Shown in pieces: positions 50,400-63,429 of a stretch of 64,000 nt of DNA (positions are counted from its first letter, which is position 1; each line of letters starts with the position of its first letter). Source of the stretch: Felis catus (taxonomy: Eukaryota); NCBI RefSeq assembly GCF_018350175.1, contig NC_058368.1, positions 219,730,001-219,794,000 on the forward strand, written 5' to 3'. The notes under the pieces were generated by a model that worked only from the letters and a program-made list of their open reading frames with translations, made no database searches and was not told the DNA's origin. The position numbers and the translations under genes were made by a program.

Positions 50400-51100
50400 T
50401 TGTATTTTTCTCTTAGTATTTCAATGTTGCTCTAGCATTATTTTGTTATTTTGAGTGTAGATTAACATGTGCATATTACAATTTATTTTTCTGTGAAATA
50501 TTTGTTCATAGCTATAGACTATGTTCTTTTTTTTTTTTTTTTTGGCCTTAAAAGTTCTTATATGTTCAGAATATACTGTGCAAATATATACTGTGCAAAT
50601 ATTTTCCCATGGGTGATTTGCTTTTTTACTCAACTACAGTTGATATTTTCTTAACATACAGGTTTTCTTAATGGCCTATGATTAAATGTGTTGCTGTTTT
50701 TTTATTTTAAGCACCTAGGAGTTTGTATAGTAATATCACATATCCCTCAATTACTTATGAGAGATTCACCCACATTTCCTTCTATCACTTGTCTGGCTTT
50801 ATTTTCAAATTAAAATCTTTGACGCACTTGAACTACATATCCTAATGCATGATATGAGGAACAAATCCAATTTTTAACATTCTCCACATGATTTTATAGC
50901 TATTCCAGAACCATTTATTTAAAACACCATTCTTTCCATGTTAATTTGAGATTGAAGCTTTATCAGATATAAAATTTCCATAGACTTTTTTTTTTGCATT
51001 TTCAAGATTTCTTAGGTAGATATATCTGTGTAAATGACTATAAAACTGTACAATTAAACAGTTTTTTCTAGTAAGGCAGTATTTGGAATAGTAACCAAAG
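50400..51100 (-). mobile_element. Ancient L1M ORF2 3' remnant
   Basis: gtgcaaatattttcccat, gctattccagaaccatttatttaaaacaccattctttcc, ctttatcagatataaaatttccata. Confidence 0.6.
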
Positions 51101-51395
51101 CTATTTGCTTTTCCATTTACCTCTCCAGTGTAATCTTCCACCATTTGTAATAGTATTTGCTTTATCAGGGCTTTAAAAAAAATCCTACTTAGAAGTACAG
51201 AGATGAAAGTTGTTTTTATTTATTCTCATATATTGAATATTTGATCTGTCATCTACAACCATCCCAAGGTAACCTGATGACCTTCTAGGCAATGTATTGC
51301 AGTCTATAAATTGATTATTTTGTGTTATGTCCTTACACTACCATATTCTTATTCCTAATAAATGGGCTAGATCATTGTGATCAGCAACACTCTTT

Positions 51396-51605
51396 AAAAA
51401 AAATTAATGTTTTTATTTATTTTTGAGAGAGAGACAGAGCACAAGCAGGGGAGGACAGAGACAGAGGGAGACACAGATTTGGAAGCAGACTCTAGGCTCT
51501 GAGCTGCCAGCACAGAGCCTGACTTGGGGCTCGAACTCACCAACCACGTGATCATGACCTGAGCTGAAGTTGGACACTTAATCGACAGAGCCACCCAGAT
51601 GCTCC
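51396..51605 (-). mobile_element. Can-SINE
   Basis: Full body; TSD cagcaacactcttt / cagaaacagtcttt. Confidence 0.93.
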
Positions 51606-52043
51606 AGAAACAGTCTTTTTGATAGTCGAGAAGAAAGCCTGAGCCTAAGACAGGCCAGTGACTTCCTTGGGTTTGTCACTCAGGCTACAGACTAACCCCA
51701 GTTATTAAAGTGAAATTAGCTCAAGATAAGGAGAATCATATCAAAGTTAAGCACATGAGGGTACATGAACATTCCTTCTGTACTAGAGCTATTAGCCTAA
51801 GTTCTTCCTGTGGAGTTCCTGATTTGTTTTCCATGGGTGATAGGAAAGTTAAAAACTTCATCATTAGAGGGCCTAGGCCATTCTTTTTCCTACCAGCGAC
51901 ACAGGAAAAGATCAACATATTAATTCCATAAGAGAATACATCAATCTTCATTTTCATACTGTTGAACACATTCTTTATTTCACCCATATAGCTTGTACTC
52001 CTTTTGAGCTTCTCCTTTAAAAAAATAAATAAATAAAGACATA

Positions 52044-52268
52044 GGGGCGACTGGGTGGCTCAGTGGGTTAGCATCTGACTTCCGTCGGGTCATGATCTTG
52101 CAGTACTTGATTTCAAGCCCCACATTGGGCTCTGTGCTGACAGCTCACAGCCTGGAGCCTTTTTTGGATTCTGTATGTCCCCCTCTCTCTCTGCCCCTCC
52201 CCTGCCTGTGCTCGCACCCTCTCTCTCTCTCTCAAAAATAAACAAAAATTTTTAAAACAACAACAAAA
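52044..52268 (+). mobile_element. Can-SINE
   Basis: TSD aaataaagacata / aaataaggacata. Confidence 0.93.
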
Positions 52269-53195
52269 AAATAAGGACATAAATGAAGTCCATTTATAAG
52301 ATTAGGAAAAAAATGAAATAAATGATTTAATTAGGAATTAATATGTATAAATTCACTCCATCCTTTCCTGCAGAATCTTCCTGATGTTTGCTTTTAAAGT
52401 GTCTCCCCCATTTTACTTCTGGAATTCAGTCAGTACCACTATAATACTGACAGACATATGGCAACATTGGCAAAAGACTTCAGTAGCTCAAGAATGACGG
52501 GGTCATAGAATGAGATTAATCAGGGTCTGAGGAATAATTATAGGAGGCTTCTATCAACACAAAATAGAGATTAGCTGTATGTGCATGTGGCTTATATCAT
52601 CAAAGGTAGTAGGAGGCAGAGTATGGACATACTCAGCAAGAAGCACATGACCATAGGAAGCCAGAAAATCTGATTAATATAAAAGCAAGCCCTTGAATCT
52701 GAGAAAAAATACTAGCCTTGGCATCTGAAACTTGCTGTGGTTTCCATATTTGTGTATTTTCCGTGTCTGTGGAAGGTGTTGTTGCTATTGCCTGGTGCAG
52801 GATAAGGAGGTATCTCACCAACGAGACAATATGCCAACGCATAAGGTTAGGTTCTGAATGAAAATCTGAGTTGTCAAGGATTATTCTGACCCAATAATAA
52901 TTGTATATTGTGATGTGCATGGTCAGGCACTCCAAACTAGATGTATCCATATATTCATGCAAATGTATAGTTGATTAGAATAGAGGAGTGCTGATAATAT
53001 TCTAACATTTGTTATAAAGAATCAATACTAACACGACTGCCAATCCCTGAGGAATATTCTTTCTTGAATCTCACTTTTCCTTCTGGGTTTAATTTATTTC
53101 TACTTTAAATAGATCCTGTAGTACTTATTTCAAGAAGTTTTACTCCCGTCTCCACAAGAAAATTGTCCTAATCTTTGTTTCCTTTAAGTAAAATA

Positions 53196-53196
<1 letters not shown>

Positions 53197-53257
<61 letters not shown>

Positions 53258-53262
53258 GATAT
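53197..53262. repeat. (TG)n(TA)n microsatellite
   Basis: Directly visible. Confidence 0.95.
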
Positions 53263-54065
53263 ATTTGTCTCCATTTAACTCTATAAAAATGGCAGAAATA
53301 GTTTATTTGGTAACTAAATCTCATTTTGAAAATTCCTTTTGCCCCAACATTCTCAAAATATTATTCTATTGTTTTCCGGCTTCAGTTGATAATAAAAAGT
53401 CTTCTATTAGTCTCCATAATATTCCATTGTAATCATCTTAATGCCATCTTTGCTTTATTTTGATATTCTACAGGTCAATGTTATGTTTCAGGTTAAATTC
53501 GTTTTCATTCATTTATTCTGTTGTTAACTCAGTTTTATCATTTTATCACGTCTGAAAATTCTTAGGCTTATTTCATTAAACTGTTACATCTACCATTATT
53601 CTTTTTGAACTCAGATTCAATATGTTACAGCTCCTCATATGATCTTCCAAGTATTACCACCTATCTCGTACTTTGTATCTCTTTTCCTCTCTCTGCTGCA
53701 TTGTGGGTAATTTCCCCAAAACTAAGTAATGTAAAACATTTACAATCCAATATTTTTTTAAACAATTAAAATAACTATATTCAACATTTATAGGAAGTCT
53801 TTAAAAATTCTTTTTGAAACTTTCTCGACTATTTTAATGGTGTCCTGGGAATTCTTACGTTAAGCATAAACCTCCTATAGAGTCTATGTAATAATAGCTT
53901 TTTATCTAAAGATATACAAGAATTGAATCCATTTTCTTTTTTGTAGATGCTGACTTTAATTTATGCTATAACAATTACTATTTTATTTTTATTTCTGAAT
54001 TATGAGCTTATTTATAGAAAATTTTTGTGGGTTTTTAATTTTTTAAATTTCATTTGCATTTTTTC

Positions 54066-54287
54066 TTTGTAAAAAAATGTTTATTTATTTTGAGAGAGAG
54101 AAAGTATGCTTGCACACTGGTGTGAGAAGGGGAGGGGCAGAAAGAGAGGGGGGAGAGAATCCCAAGCAGGCTTCAAGCTGTCAGCAAAGAGCCCCTATGC
54201 AAAGGGGCTCATCCCAGAATGGTGAGATTATGGACCGGAGCCAATTCCAAGAGTCCAACACTTAACCAATAGTCATCCAGGCACCCC
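54066..54287 (-). mobile_element. Can-SINE, older subfamily
   Basis: agaatcccaagcaggc...caagagtccaacacttaacc...ccaggcacccc; TSD atttgcattttt / atttgcatcttt. Confidence 0.9.
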
Positions 54288-56419
54288 TAATTTGCATCTT
54301 TTCTGAGAAGATTTTGCATTTGCTTCTTCCAGGAAAACATAGGTAACATCCTCTAAAATTATATTTTATTATCATCTCTTAGCATGGATTTCACTTTATT
54401 GGCCTACATGTATTTGCATTCAAGATAGTGGATGCAAAGTTCCCAAACTAAGAATTATGCAAAGACACTACTTCCCTTACTATTAAAAGGCTAAATATTT
54501 GTCTTTTAGTCACCTTACCAATGAAATTTTCACAGTTTAAAATTTCAAAATTTAATCAGGCATCTCAGTTCCAAATAAAAATTTAACATGGGCTGAAGAA
54601 CTGGTCTCTGACTTTGATATAAACTCAAGACATTAGTCCAACTTAGAAATCCTTAAGAGTACTGATTTCTCATCCTGGTTTTTTGTTATTTTTTTTTTCT
54701 GGCCACCAGTTATTTACCTTATTTTTTATCAACAACTTATGTGTGCTTTTAAAAGTATGTTATTTAATTCAGAATTTGTATTGGGAAAACATCAGTCTTG
54801 CTGAAGGAGAAAGAAAGAGGGAAAGAGAAAAAAGAGAAAAAGAAACAGAGTTAGAAAGAAATGTTTGAAATTTATGTCTGTGGAATATCATCACAGGTGA
54901 CTTCTCACTCAGTTTTGCCAAATTGCGTCTCAACTATTATATATTAAGTGATGATTATTCTCAACAGAATCGTTATCAGAGAAGATAGCAACCATACCCA
55001 CATGACAGAAGAGTTTCATGAGTAGAACTAGACATAATGTTTTCTCTTATGAAATGCTGGAAAGAATTATATACAAATAATGCAGAAAAAAATATATGGT
55101 CACACACTAAAGGTACAGTACAGATGAAAGAATCTTTTCATTATATCATAAGAAAGCTGCATTAATTACCTTAAACATTAAACGTTCACAACTCAATCAG
55201 TAAGGTTGTAAAAAATAGCCTTGCTGAAAACAATACTACATTTAAATTAAAGGCCAACCATGCATGAAAGCAGTTAAAATATTATTTTCTTAGTAGTATA
55301 GCTAACTTGTCTGAGAATTTTCAAGATTATTTTAAAAATCCTTATTCAAGTAAAATGACTAGACTATGTGTACATTGAGGTATTATTAAAATAATTAATT
55401 GTTCTTTCTTTTTTTCAGTCCAAAGCTAAACTATTATATCTTTCAAGTCAATATAGCATGTGAAATGAAAGTATTAAAAATTAATTTTCCATAATTACTC
55501 TTTATTAAAATAAATTATTTATAATTAGTATGTAATAATTTTAATACTAATTTTCCTTCTGGGTCTTTAATCCCTTTAAATAGCCTGAGGATTCTACATG
55601 AGAAATAATTTACCTTGGGAAGAGAATGGGCTACTTCAAAATAGGAAACATTGAGTGGAGGAAGGATTATAATTTAGTAGAAATGTTATAGGTGGAATAT
55701 CGCTATTTATATACCTGCTAAACAGGTTGTTTCCTCCTGAAAGGATTCCACCAGTCTTTATTTCTGGAAAAAATAAGAAATATTACTTTAAAAAAATCAA
55801 TGTTGTTTCTCCTCAGTTTCATTAGCTGATGATTGAGCAGTCTGACTTTTTTCTTGAGAATGGTTTGCCAGAGTTTAAAAACAAATAAAGTAAGAATCTT
55901 TATCTTCCTATTCCAAAGAATGACCTAAAATAAACCACACTTTTTGAATGTGTTTCAAAGTAATACTTCCTTCTTGGGTGTAACTAATACATGCAATTAA
56001 TGCTATTATAGATTTACCTTACCAATTGGTCACAGCTCTCTTTAGGGAATCACACAATATAAGATTATTGTTGGTAAGAACACTTATTTGTCTAGCTGTG
56101 GAGACAAATACTAAGTGGTTCTAAACTTATAGCTGAGGAAAATATTTGGATCTTCTTTTAAAAAAATGTCTACACAGGACAAAGTCTTTGTAAATATACA
56201 ATATTAATTTAAAACTTTCTACTACTTCAGTTACTATGAGTACTACGACTACTACAACTACTACATTATTGGGTTTGAAGACATTGATAATGATCAGTTG
56301 GTAGTTTATACCGATTAAGTATTGATATAATACATCTGAGCTGCAACCAAAGGGAGATACTCCACAAGAATGCCTTCTATGACTATTCTAAAGATATCCT
56401 ACACATTTCCCCTATCTGT

Positions 56420-56545
56420 GTTAAGGTCAAGTGATAAATAAAAATTGTATACATTTAAGGTGTACAAATATTCAACTTGATGTTGTATATACAATATATG
56501 CATTGTGAGATAACCATCCCATTCAGCCTAATATATCCATCACCA
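56420..56545 (-). mobile_element. L1MA-type extreme 3' end fragment
   Basis: aaataaaaattgtatacatttaaggtgtacaa...gcattgtgagataacc...atatccatcacc. Confidence 0.75.
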
Positions 56546-59221
56546 AAGCCAAGAATAAGCCTACAGATACTGCATTTTATTTAATTTTGTTTTCCTAATT
56601 ACTGGTTTCATTCACCACATTACTGACTTACAGATATATAGTGGTCTTGATAATAATATACCACATATAAATTGAGGCAATCTAATTGCTTAAGACAGAA
56701 AATAATTTTACAATGTTTTATTAACCTAAAAAATTGTTTTTTTGAAAAGTTAAAAGGTCAAGTAATATGTGTGAAGTTAAATCATGACCGACACAAAATC
56801 CCAGACACAAAAAAGCTCTAAAGTATGAATATAAGTTTAGGAGTTGTCACTTTTGGTACAATAACCAGGATTTACTTTTAACATGGATATTGGGGGGATA
56901 TTCCCAAAATGAATACATCTTTAGCTGTGGTTTGTAGGTGATTTTTTGTGTGTATAAATAAGGAGGCTTTTCTAAAACAGAATTATACATATGGCTATAA
57001 CTGAGGCAAAGTAAAATATAGATATACAATACTGAAAACTCTTACATGTTTTTTACCCCTAAACAGACAAAAATGATGGGCTTTTTATGCTTAAGAAAAA
57101 GTAAGCAAAAAGTCATGTATTGGTTTTTACTTCTCAAATAATGTTTCTTAAACCTATGGTTTATTTATAGGCAACGGATTCATCCCTGAAATAGAGAAGA
57201 GAAATTCACTAGATGAAGATAAGTGGATGGAAATTTACCTTAAGATAAGTCACATTTCTTTCTTCTTTTCTATGAATGTTGAACTATTTTTATACCTACA
57301 CTACTTTTGGGATCAGAAATTTACTACACCTCCATTCTAGTGATCAGATGATATCTGTTAACATATTTTACATAGACAAATTGCCATTTTAACTTATCAG
57401 CCAGTCTCAAATTAATTTCACTAGTGAATTTGCCCTCTTTTAGAGATTGATAATTTGAGCTATAAAGATAAAACTGAGTTTTTGAAATTGTAAAGCCAAC
57501 AACTACATGTAAAGACACTATAGCAAGTTTAATACAATAAAAATTACAATTACATCATGTCCATAAATATAATACAACCTATTAATGAGACAATATAGTA
57601 GTTTTATATTTATGAAAAGAATAAAAACATTTAAAGAGATTTTAATTTTTTAATAAATAGGATATTAGGCCAAGAAATAGGAAACCTTAAAGAAATAATT
57701 TTGTAAGAAATATGTCATACTAAAATATTTATTTACCTCTTTATAGTCCTTCAGAAATATTTATAATTCTCAAAATTTAATACACTGAAATGCACTATAA
57801 AATGTAGTGTCATTGTGGATATCTATTATTGCAGATAACAGAATTTTTACTTAATCTTATTAGCATATATATAAGAGTTTTAAAAGTCATAATTGGTGTT
57901 TAAAAGATGATAAAAATAGAACTTTGTTTCTCCTCTTTAAAAGTGCTCATTTCATTCTATTAATTCAGAGTGGATTGCAATTATTTATGGGTGCATATAA
58001 GGAGAAATATCCTTACCATTCATTTTTTTGTTTTTTTGGTTTGCTATTATTATAAACTCCCTGGCAGCTAAATTGTCATTTATAACTTACATACCAGTAA
58101 CTAAGCAACACATTGCTGCCTCAAATTCTTTTTGGAATGAGGCAGGTATAATAAACAAGAAGAACAAATAAGTGGGAACAATTTAAAGTTTCTGCCGTAC
58201 AGGATTTTGACTTCTCTATGCAACCTACGTAAGCAATTCCTGGGTACTTTAAACACTTAAGAGGTAAAGGGTGATAAAGTTGAAATAAGTACTGCCTGAA
58301 TTTGCAGTCACGCTCTGGTTATATCAGCAAAAATGGTACATAGAGAACCTGTCCAAGAATAGCCTGTCTAGTTAGGTTTTCATTTTTGTGAGTAAAGAAT
58401 ATTCACTCCTGAATTGTTTAAAGGTTCTCAACTGTGGTGTTTGAAATATAACTTATGTGTTTGGGGAGTCCCACAATGAGAGTCTAGACAGACATTTTTC
58501 CTTGCTTCTCAGCCTTTGGAGACCCTGCCTTAACTCTAAAGCTGAGACTGCAAGGAGGTTAACTCAGACAACTCAAAATGCCACGTTAAATATTAGTATT
58601 GGACAAGATTTGCAGAGTGCTTATATTACCTAAGATTTAGTAGTGAGATTTTCTAAGAATCACCTCTTTGTGCCTGCTTCTACCAATGTACATACACTAC
58701 CCCTTTCCTGACTGCCTGACAAAATGAAGACCATCAACTTTCCAGCCCACTGAGTATGGAGGGTCTTTGTGTCCAATGTAGTTTCCCAGGAAAATAAAGA
58801 AGACTCAGGAAGTCAGGTTGTTGAGGACATAATAAAGATGAGCCATATTCCTTCAGGGTACATTCACCCATTTGACTGAATCCATAACTACACTCCATGA
58901 ATTCTCGACCATCTCTTCATAGCTGTGATATATCCTGTGAAAAGGAGGCTTCTATTTTTTATGGTGTGTTTACTACATATTGTTTTTCATTTTTGGCTTC
59001 TGGCTCTGTTCAGTGTTGTCAAGGGAAAAAAAAAAAAAAGGTAACATGTCCTACCCTGTCTGTGCCAATCTTTCATAAGCGACCCACTACAAACCATCCA
59101 TCACTGATTTTCAGTCTGAGTTGATTTTAAATTCTGCTTTATTTTCTTTAACACTTAGTGGACTTATTGAAACACTTCTATTTTTTCTTATAACAGTTTA
59201 CATAAAATAAAACTTTTTAGA

Positions 59222-59700
59222 ATCGATTTTCTTGTGGTAGGAACACTTTACATGGGATCTACCTTCTTAACCAAATTTTAGGTGTAATTATAGGTAAAAT
59301 ATTGCACAGCAGAATTCTAGAACCTATTTATCATGTTTAACTGAAACTTTGTGCCTATGAATTAATAACTCCACATTTCTCCCTCTGTCACGCCCTGGCA
59401 ACAACCATTACACTCTTTGATGCTATCAATTTCACTATTTTAGATAACTTATCTAAATGGGATTATGCAATATTTATCTCTTTTTAAGTTTATTTATTTA
59501 TTTTGAGAGACAGGGGGATGCAGACAGAGGAAAGAGAATCCCAAGCAGGCTCCACACTGTCGGCATGGAGCCTGATGCGGGGCTCACATGCACGAACTGG
59601 GAGATCGTGACCTGAGCTGAAGGCAAGAGTTAGATGCTTAACTGACTGAGTCACTGAGGGACCCCATGTATTTTTTTTTTTTTTTTGTGACTGGTTTATT
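59222..59700 (-). mobile_element. L1MA-type 3' UTR fragment (SINE inserted)
   Basis: gtggtaggaacactttacatgggatctacc...ctagaacctatttatcatg...actgaaactttgtgcc...ccctggcaacaaccatt. Confidence 0.8.
59481..59665 (-). mobile_element. Can-SINE, older subfamily
   Basis: agaatcccaagcaggctccacactgtcggcatggagcc...cttaactgactgagtcactgagggacccc. Confidence 0.9.
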
Positions 59701-60425
59701 TGTGATCCTTTGTCTATAGTTCTTTTTCCCTCTGTTCATTTTTTTGAGATTAACAAATTAAGTAATTTGTTTTAATGTCCAAGAGTCATGACATTTTTCA
59801 ACAACATATATAAAAACATCTTTTCAGGCAATTATTTGTTCATTGTATATATATTGCAGCATAAACTATGTGTCTGCACGATATGTACACTCCTAAATTG
59901 TTACAGAATTTATCCTTAAATTTATACAATAATTAAATAGAAAGATTTAAGATAAAAATATTTTTATTTCTAATTTTGTTCCAACACCACAGAAATTGTG
60001 ACAGATATTGTTTAGACAAACAGCTAAATACTACATGAGACATGAAACCACAAAACTTCTAGAAAAAAGCGAACAACTAAGCCTTGTTTCAGATACTTGT
60101 ATAACTTTACTAAATTAGCATTAGTTAAGTTACTTATTATGAAATCAATTGTTTCAACATAAAAAATTCCTTAATATTTGAAATACTACAAATAAAGTGG
60201 TAGAACAAAAATCATTTGCTAGATAAGATTTGTATTTTGCCTGAAGAAACACCTGTGAGTTTATTCACTTATCTCCATATTGATTTAATTAATGAAAAAT
60301 ATATTAAGCATAACTCCAGGCCAAACACTGCATTACAGGCAGAGGTTAAAGCTAAATTAAAACAGAACAAAACAAAAAACTAGACTCTTGTTGTTCACTG
60401 ATCATTAGGCATGGGTAGACATTTA

Positions 60426-60648
60426 TTTTCTTTAAATTTTTTTTTCAACGTTTATTTATTTTTGGGACAGAGAGAGACAAAGCATGAATGGGGGAGGGGC
60501 AGAGAGAGAGGGAGACACAGAATCGGAAACAGGCCCCAGGCTCCGAGCCATCGGCCCGGAGCCCGACGCGGGGCTCAAACTCATGGACCGCGAGATCGTG
60601 ACCTGGCTGAAGTCGGACGCTTAACCGACTGCGCCACCCAGGCGCCCC
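60426..60648 (-). mobile_element. Very young Can-SINE (SINEC_Fc)
   Basis: CpGs largely intact (gtcggacgcttaaccgactgcgccacccaggcgcccc); perfect 17-bp TSD gcatgggtagacattta (60409-60425 / 60650-60666). Confidence 0.98.
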
Positions 60649-61400
60649 AGCATGGGTAGACATTTAAATGGAGATGATAACCTAACATCCTTGGACACTT
60701 GAGAAAAATACATATATAGAAGATGTACATAAACTGAGTGGTTACCTCTGGAAGTTTCACTACTGTTTATTTCCCATCACATAAGTTAATGAATTTCATT
60801 CCTGATGAGCTGGATCCATTAATTCTATTCCCCACTTGCCCAAGAATAATGACATTCCTGACATGACTACTAAGACTTGCCTGTTTACAACCTCCCCTGG
60901 TGACCTGTGGGCCATCATGTGTCTTTCTACATAGATGGTAGTGATTTACATATGTTCTCAGAATCCTGCCAGGTAAGAGGGAGTGGAGAATAGTAAAAAG
61001 GAGTACAATGGTTCTGTGTCAAAACCTGGATATTCCTCTCTCATCTGTACAGGTACCTTGAGAATGAAACATAAGAGCATGGACAACTCCATAAATAGCC
61101 TCTTGCTTTGAAATTAGAATAGTAAACATAATTAAATCAATTATAGCTCCTCCCCACTTGCACATTATTTATGTTGATTATAGCTGACACATTAAAAATT
61201 TTAATTCTTGTATATAATTATGTATAATTATGCATGTTATGTATAATTTTAGGAGCATCTGACCCTTCCAAATTAAAAAGAAAAAGTCTTGTATTTAAGT
61301 TAATTTTACATTTAAATATACAGTAAACTTTTGTTACAGTTTGTCTCTCCTTAATTTGTACAGAATATCTAAGTAGTAAATTAAAATTTGTGAGAATTAT

Positions 61401-61606
61401 GGGGCACCTGGGTGGCTCAGTTGGTTAAACATCTGACTTGATTTCAGCTCAAGTAATGATCTCACGGTTTGTGAGTTCAAGTCTCAAGTCAACCTCTGCA
61501 CTGAATGTGCGGTGCCTGCCTGGGATTCTCTCTCTGCCCCTCCCCTGCTCTTGGTCTCTCTGTCTCTCTGTCTCTCTCTCTCTCAAAATAAATAAATAAA
61601 CTTTAA
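61401..61606 (+). mobile_element. Can-SINE, older subfamily
   Basis: ggggcacctgggtggctcag head; TSD core ttgtgagaatt on both sides. Confidence 0.93.
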
Positions 61607-62537
61607 AAAATTGTGAGAATTCTGTAAGTTCCAAATGATGCACTTATAGTGATTTGACCAATATTTAAATATGGGTACTGCTTAGTAGCCACTTTTTAAT
61701 GTAATAAGGAAGAGTTGGACATATTACTCAATTTTATGTTTCTCAGTCAACCTCAATATGTACTCACAAACAAGCTAAATCTAATATACTCAATAACTAT
61801 CAAAAGGAAAACTAAGTACACTTATTTTTCTTTTTTCCTTCACACTGTCATTTAATAATATATCTATAAAAACTGTTTACATATATCTATCTCAGTCTAA
61901 ATATACACTCCTATCCTCAATATTTAAACTTAACTTCAGAAGTATTATACACTTAGAAATGATAACAATAAACACTAAACGAGCATAATTTTAGATGATA
62001 AATTATAAATTGCCCTAGTAATCATTTATTATGGTCTTTTGAAGAAGCAAAGTGTCATAAGCAAATAACTATAATTGGTATTTTGATTTGACTGGATCAA
62101 TTTCAAGTCACACAAAACATTTTCTGAAACATATTCTCAGAAGAAAATTGAAGATTTTCTTTTAAAGGAAATGTTCCAGAATAAGAGCACTTGTCCAAGG
62201 GATATTAAAACTGACTGTGTTGTTTCAGCTTAAACAAAAAAGGAGCCACAAACTCTGAGTGACCCTGGATGCCAGGCCTTTACTAGATATTAACTCTCTT
62301 GACCAACGGACAATGGGAGTTTGTTTTATAAACTGCCTACAGTTCTGTGAACTTTTCCCATTCTTAAATAAATATCTAAGAGTATATACTGAGTCACAAG
62401 GTGTGTGTATGTTTAACTTATTTAAAAGTGCTGAATTGTTTTCCAAAGTGCCTATATTTTACATTTCCAGGAAGTCTTTGTGACTAATATTTTGCCAGTA
62501 TTTGGTATTGTCATTCTCTTTTTCAGTTTAGCATTCT

Positions 62538-62745
62538 TTTTTTTTCTTAAGCATATTTATTTATTTTGAGAGAGAAAACAGGTGATCGGGGGAGGGGCAG
62601 AGAGAGGGAGAGAGAGACTCCCAAGCAGGCAATGTGCTGTCAGCATGGAGCTCCATGAAGGACTTGAACTCAGGAACTGTGAGATCATGACCTGAGCTGA
62701 AATTAAGAGTTGAACACTTAACTGACTGAGCTACTGAGGTGTTCC
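62538..62745 (-). mobile_element. Can-SINE, older subfamily
   Basis: gagatcatgacctgagctgaaattaagagttgaacacttaactgactgagc; TSD core tttagcattc / tttagccattc. Confidence 0.92.
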
Positions 62746-62810
62746 TCATTTTAGCCATTCTAATGAATATGTACTGGTTTTTCATTGTGGCTTTAAAATG
62801 CATGTTCTTC

Positions 62811-63025
62811 GGGAGCCTGAGTGGCTCAGTCAGTTAAGGCTCTGACTTCAACTCAGGTCATGATCTCACAGTTTGTGGGTTTGAGCCCCACGTCGGGCTT
62901 TGTGCTGAAAGTTCAGAGCCTACAGCCTGCCTCAGATTCTGTGTCTCCCTCTTTCTCTGCCCCTCCCTGGCTCTCTCTCTCTTTCTCTCTCTCTTTCAAA
63001 AATAAATAAGCATTAAAATTTTATT
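62811..63025 (+). mobile_element. Can-SINE
   Basis: TSD aaatgcatgttctt (62796-62809) / aaatgaatgttctt (63026-63039). Confidence 0.94.
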
Positions 63026-63429
63026 AAATGAATGTTCTTAATGACAAATGATACTGAATATATTTTCTATAACTACTGGCTTTTCATCTATTTTCTTTCT
63101 GAATTGTTTGTTGATATATTTTGCCCTTTTTTATTTAGGTGAGTTGTCTTGTTGAGTTGCAGATATTTTTTTGAGATGAAGTTTTTGTAAAATGTACATA
63201 TTGTAGTTATGTTCTCCCAGTATTTACCTGCCTTTCATTTTATCAACAGTGGTATTTTAAAAACATAATTTTTTATTAACTATGTTGAAGTCAATTTAGA
63301 CAATTTTGTTAATAGTTTTCCTAAAAATTGCCATAAGAATTCTTTCCCTACCCTAAGACAATGAAGATTTCCTCCCACGTTTTCTTCATGAAATGTTATG
63401 ACTTTAGCATTTACAGTGAGACTACGGTC

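Larger units (their letters stand above)
53050..54360 (-). mobile_element. Ancient L1M/HAL1-like ORF1 remnant with embedded (TG)n(TA)n and SINE
   Basis: aaatattattctattgttttccggcttcagttg...ctgaaaattcttaggcttatttcatt...ctctgctgcattgtgggtaatttcc. Confidence 0.55.
62350..63428 (-). mobile_element. Old L1M ORF2 3' fragment, interrupted by two SINEs
   Basis: tgctgaattgttttccaaagtg, ttgccagtatttggtattgtc, ttttagccattctaatgaatatg, tctttccctaccctaagacaatgaagattttcctcc. Confidence 0.8.

Noticed and set aside
55715..55763. Possible 49-nt minus-strand exon (TTTTTTCCAG ... CAG|GTATAT)
   Set aside because: Good acceptor but weak donor, no recognisable product and no supporting exons.
57171..57250. Plus-strand acceptor followed by GNGFIPE (EF-hand-like)
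   Set aside because: No canonical GT donor (AAG|ATAAGT), and similarity does not extend beyond a few residues.
428..63009. Recurrent MAQSVK.PTSAQVMIS... and (ER)n/(LS)n ORFs as a gene family
   Set aside because: They are translations of Can-SINE bodies and their (CT)n tracts.
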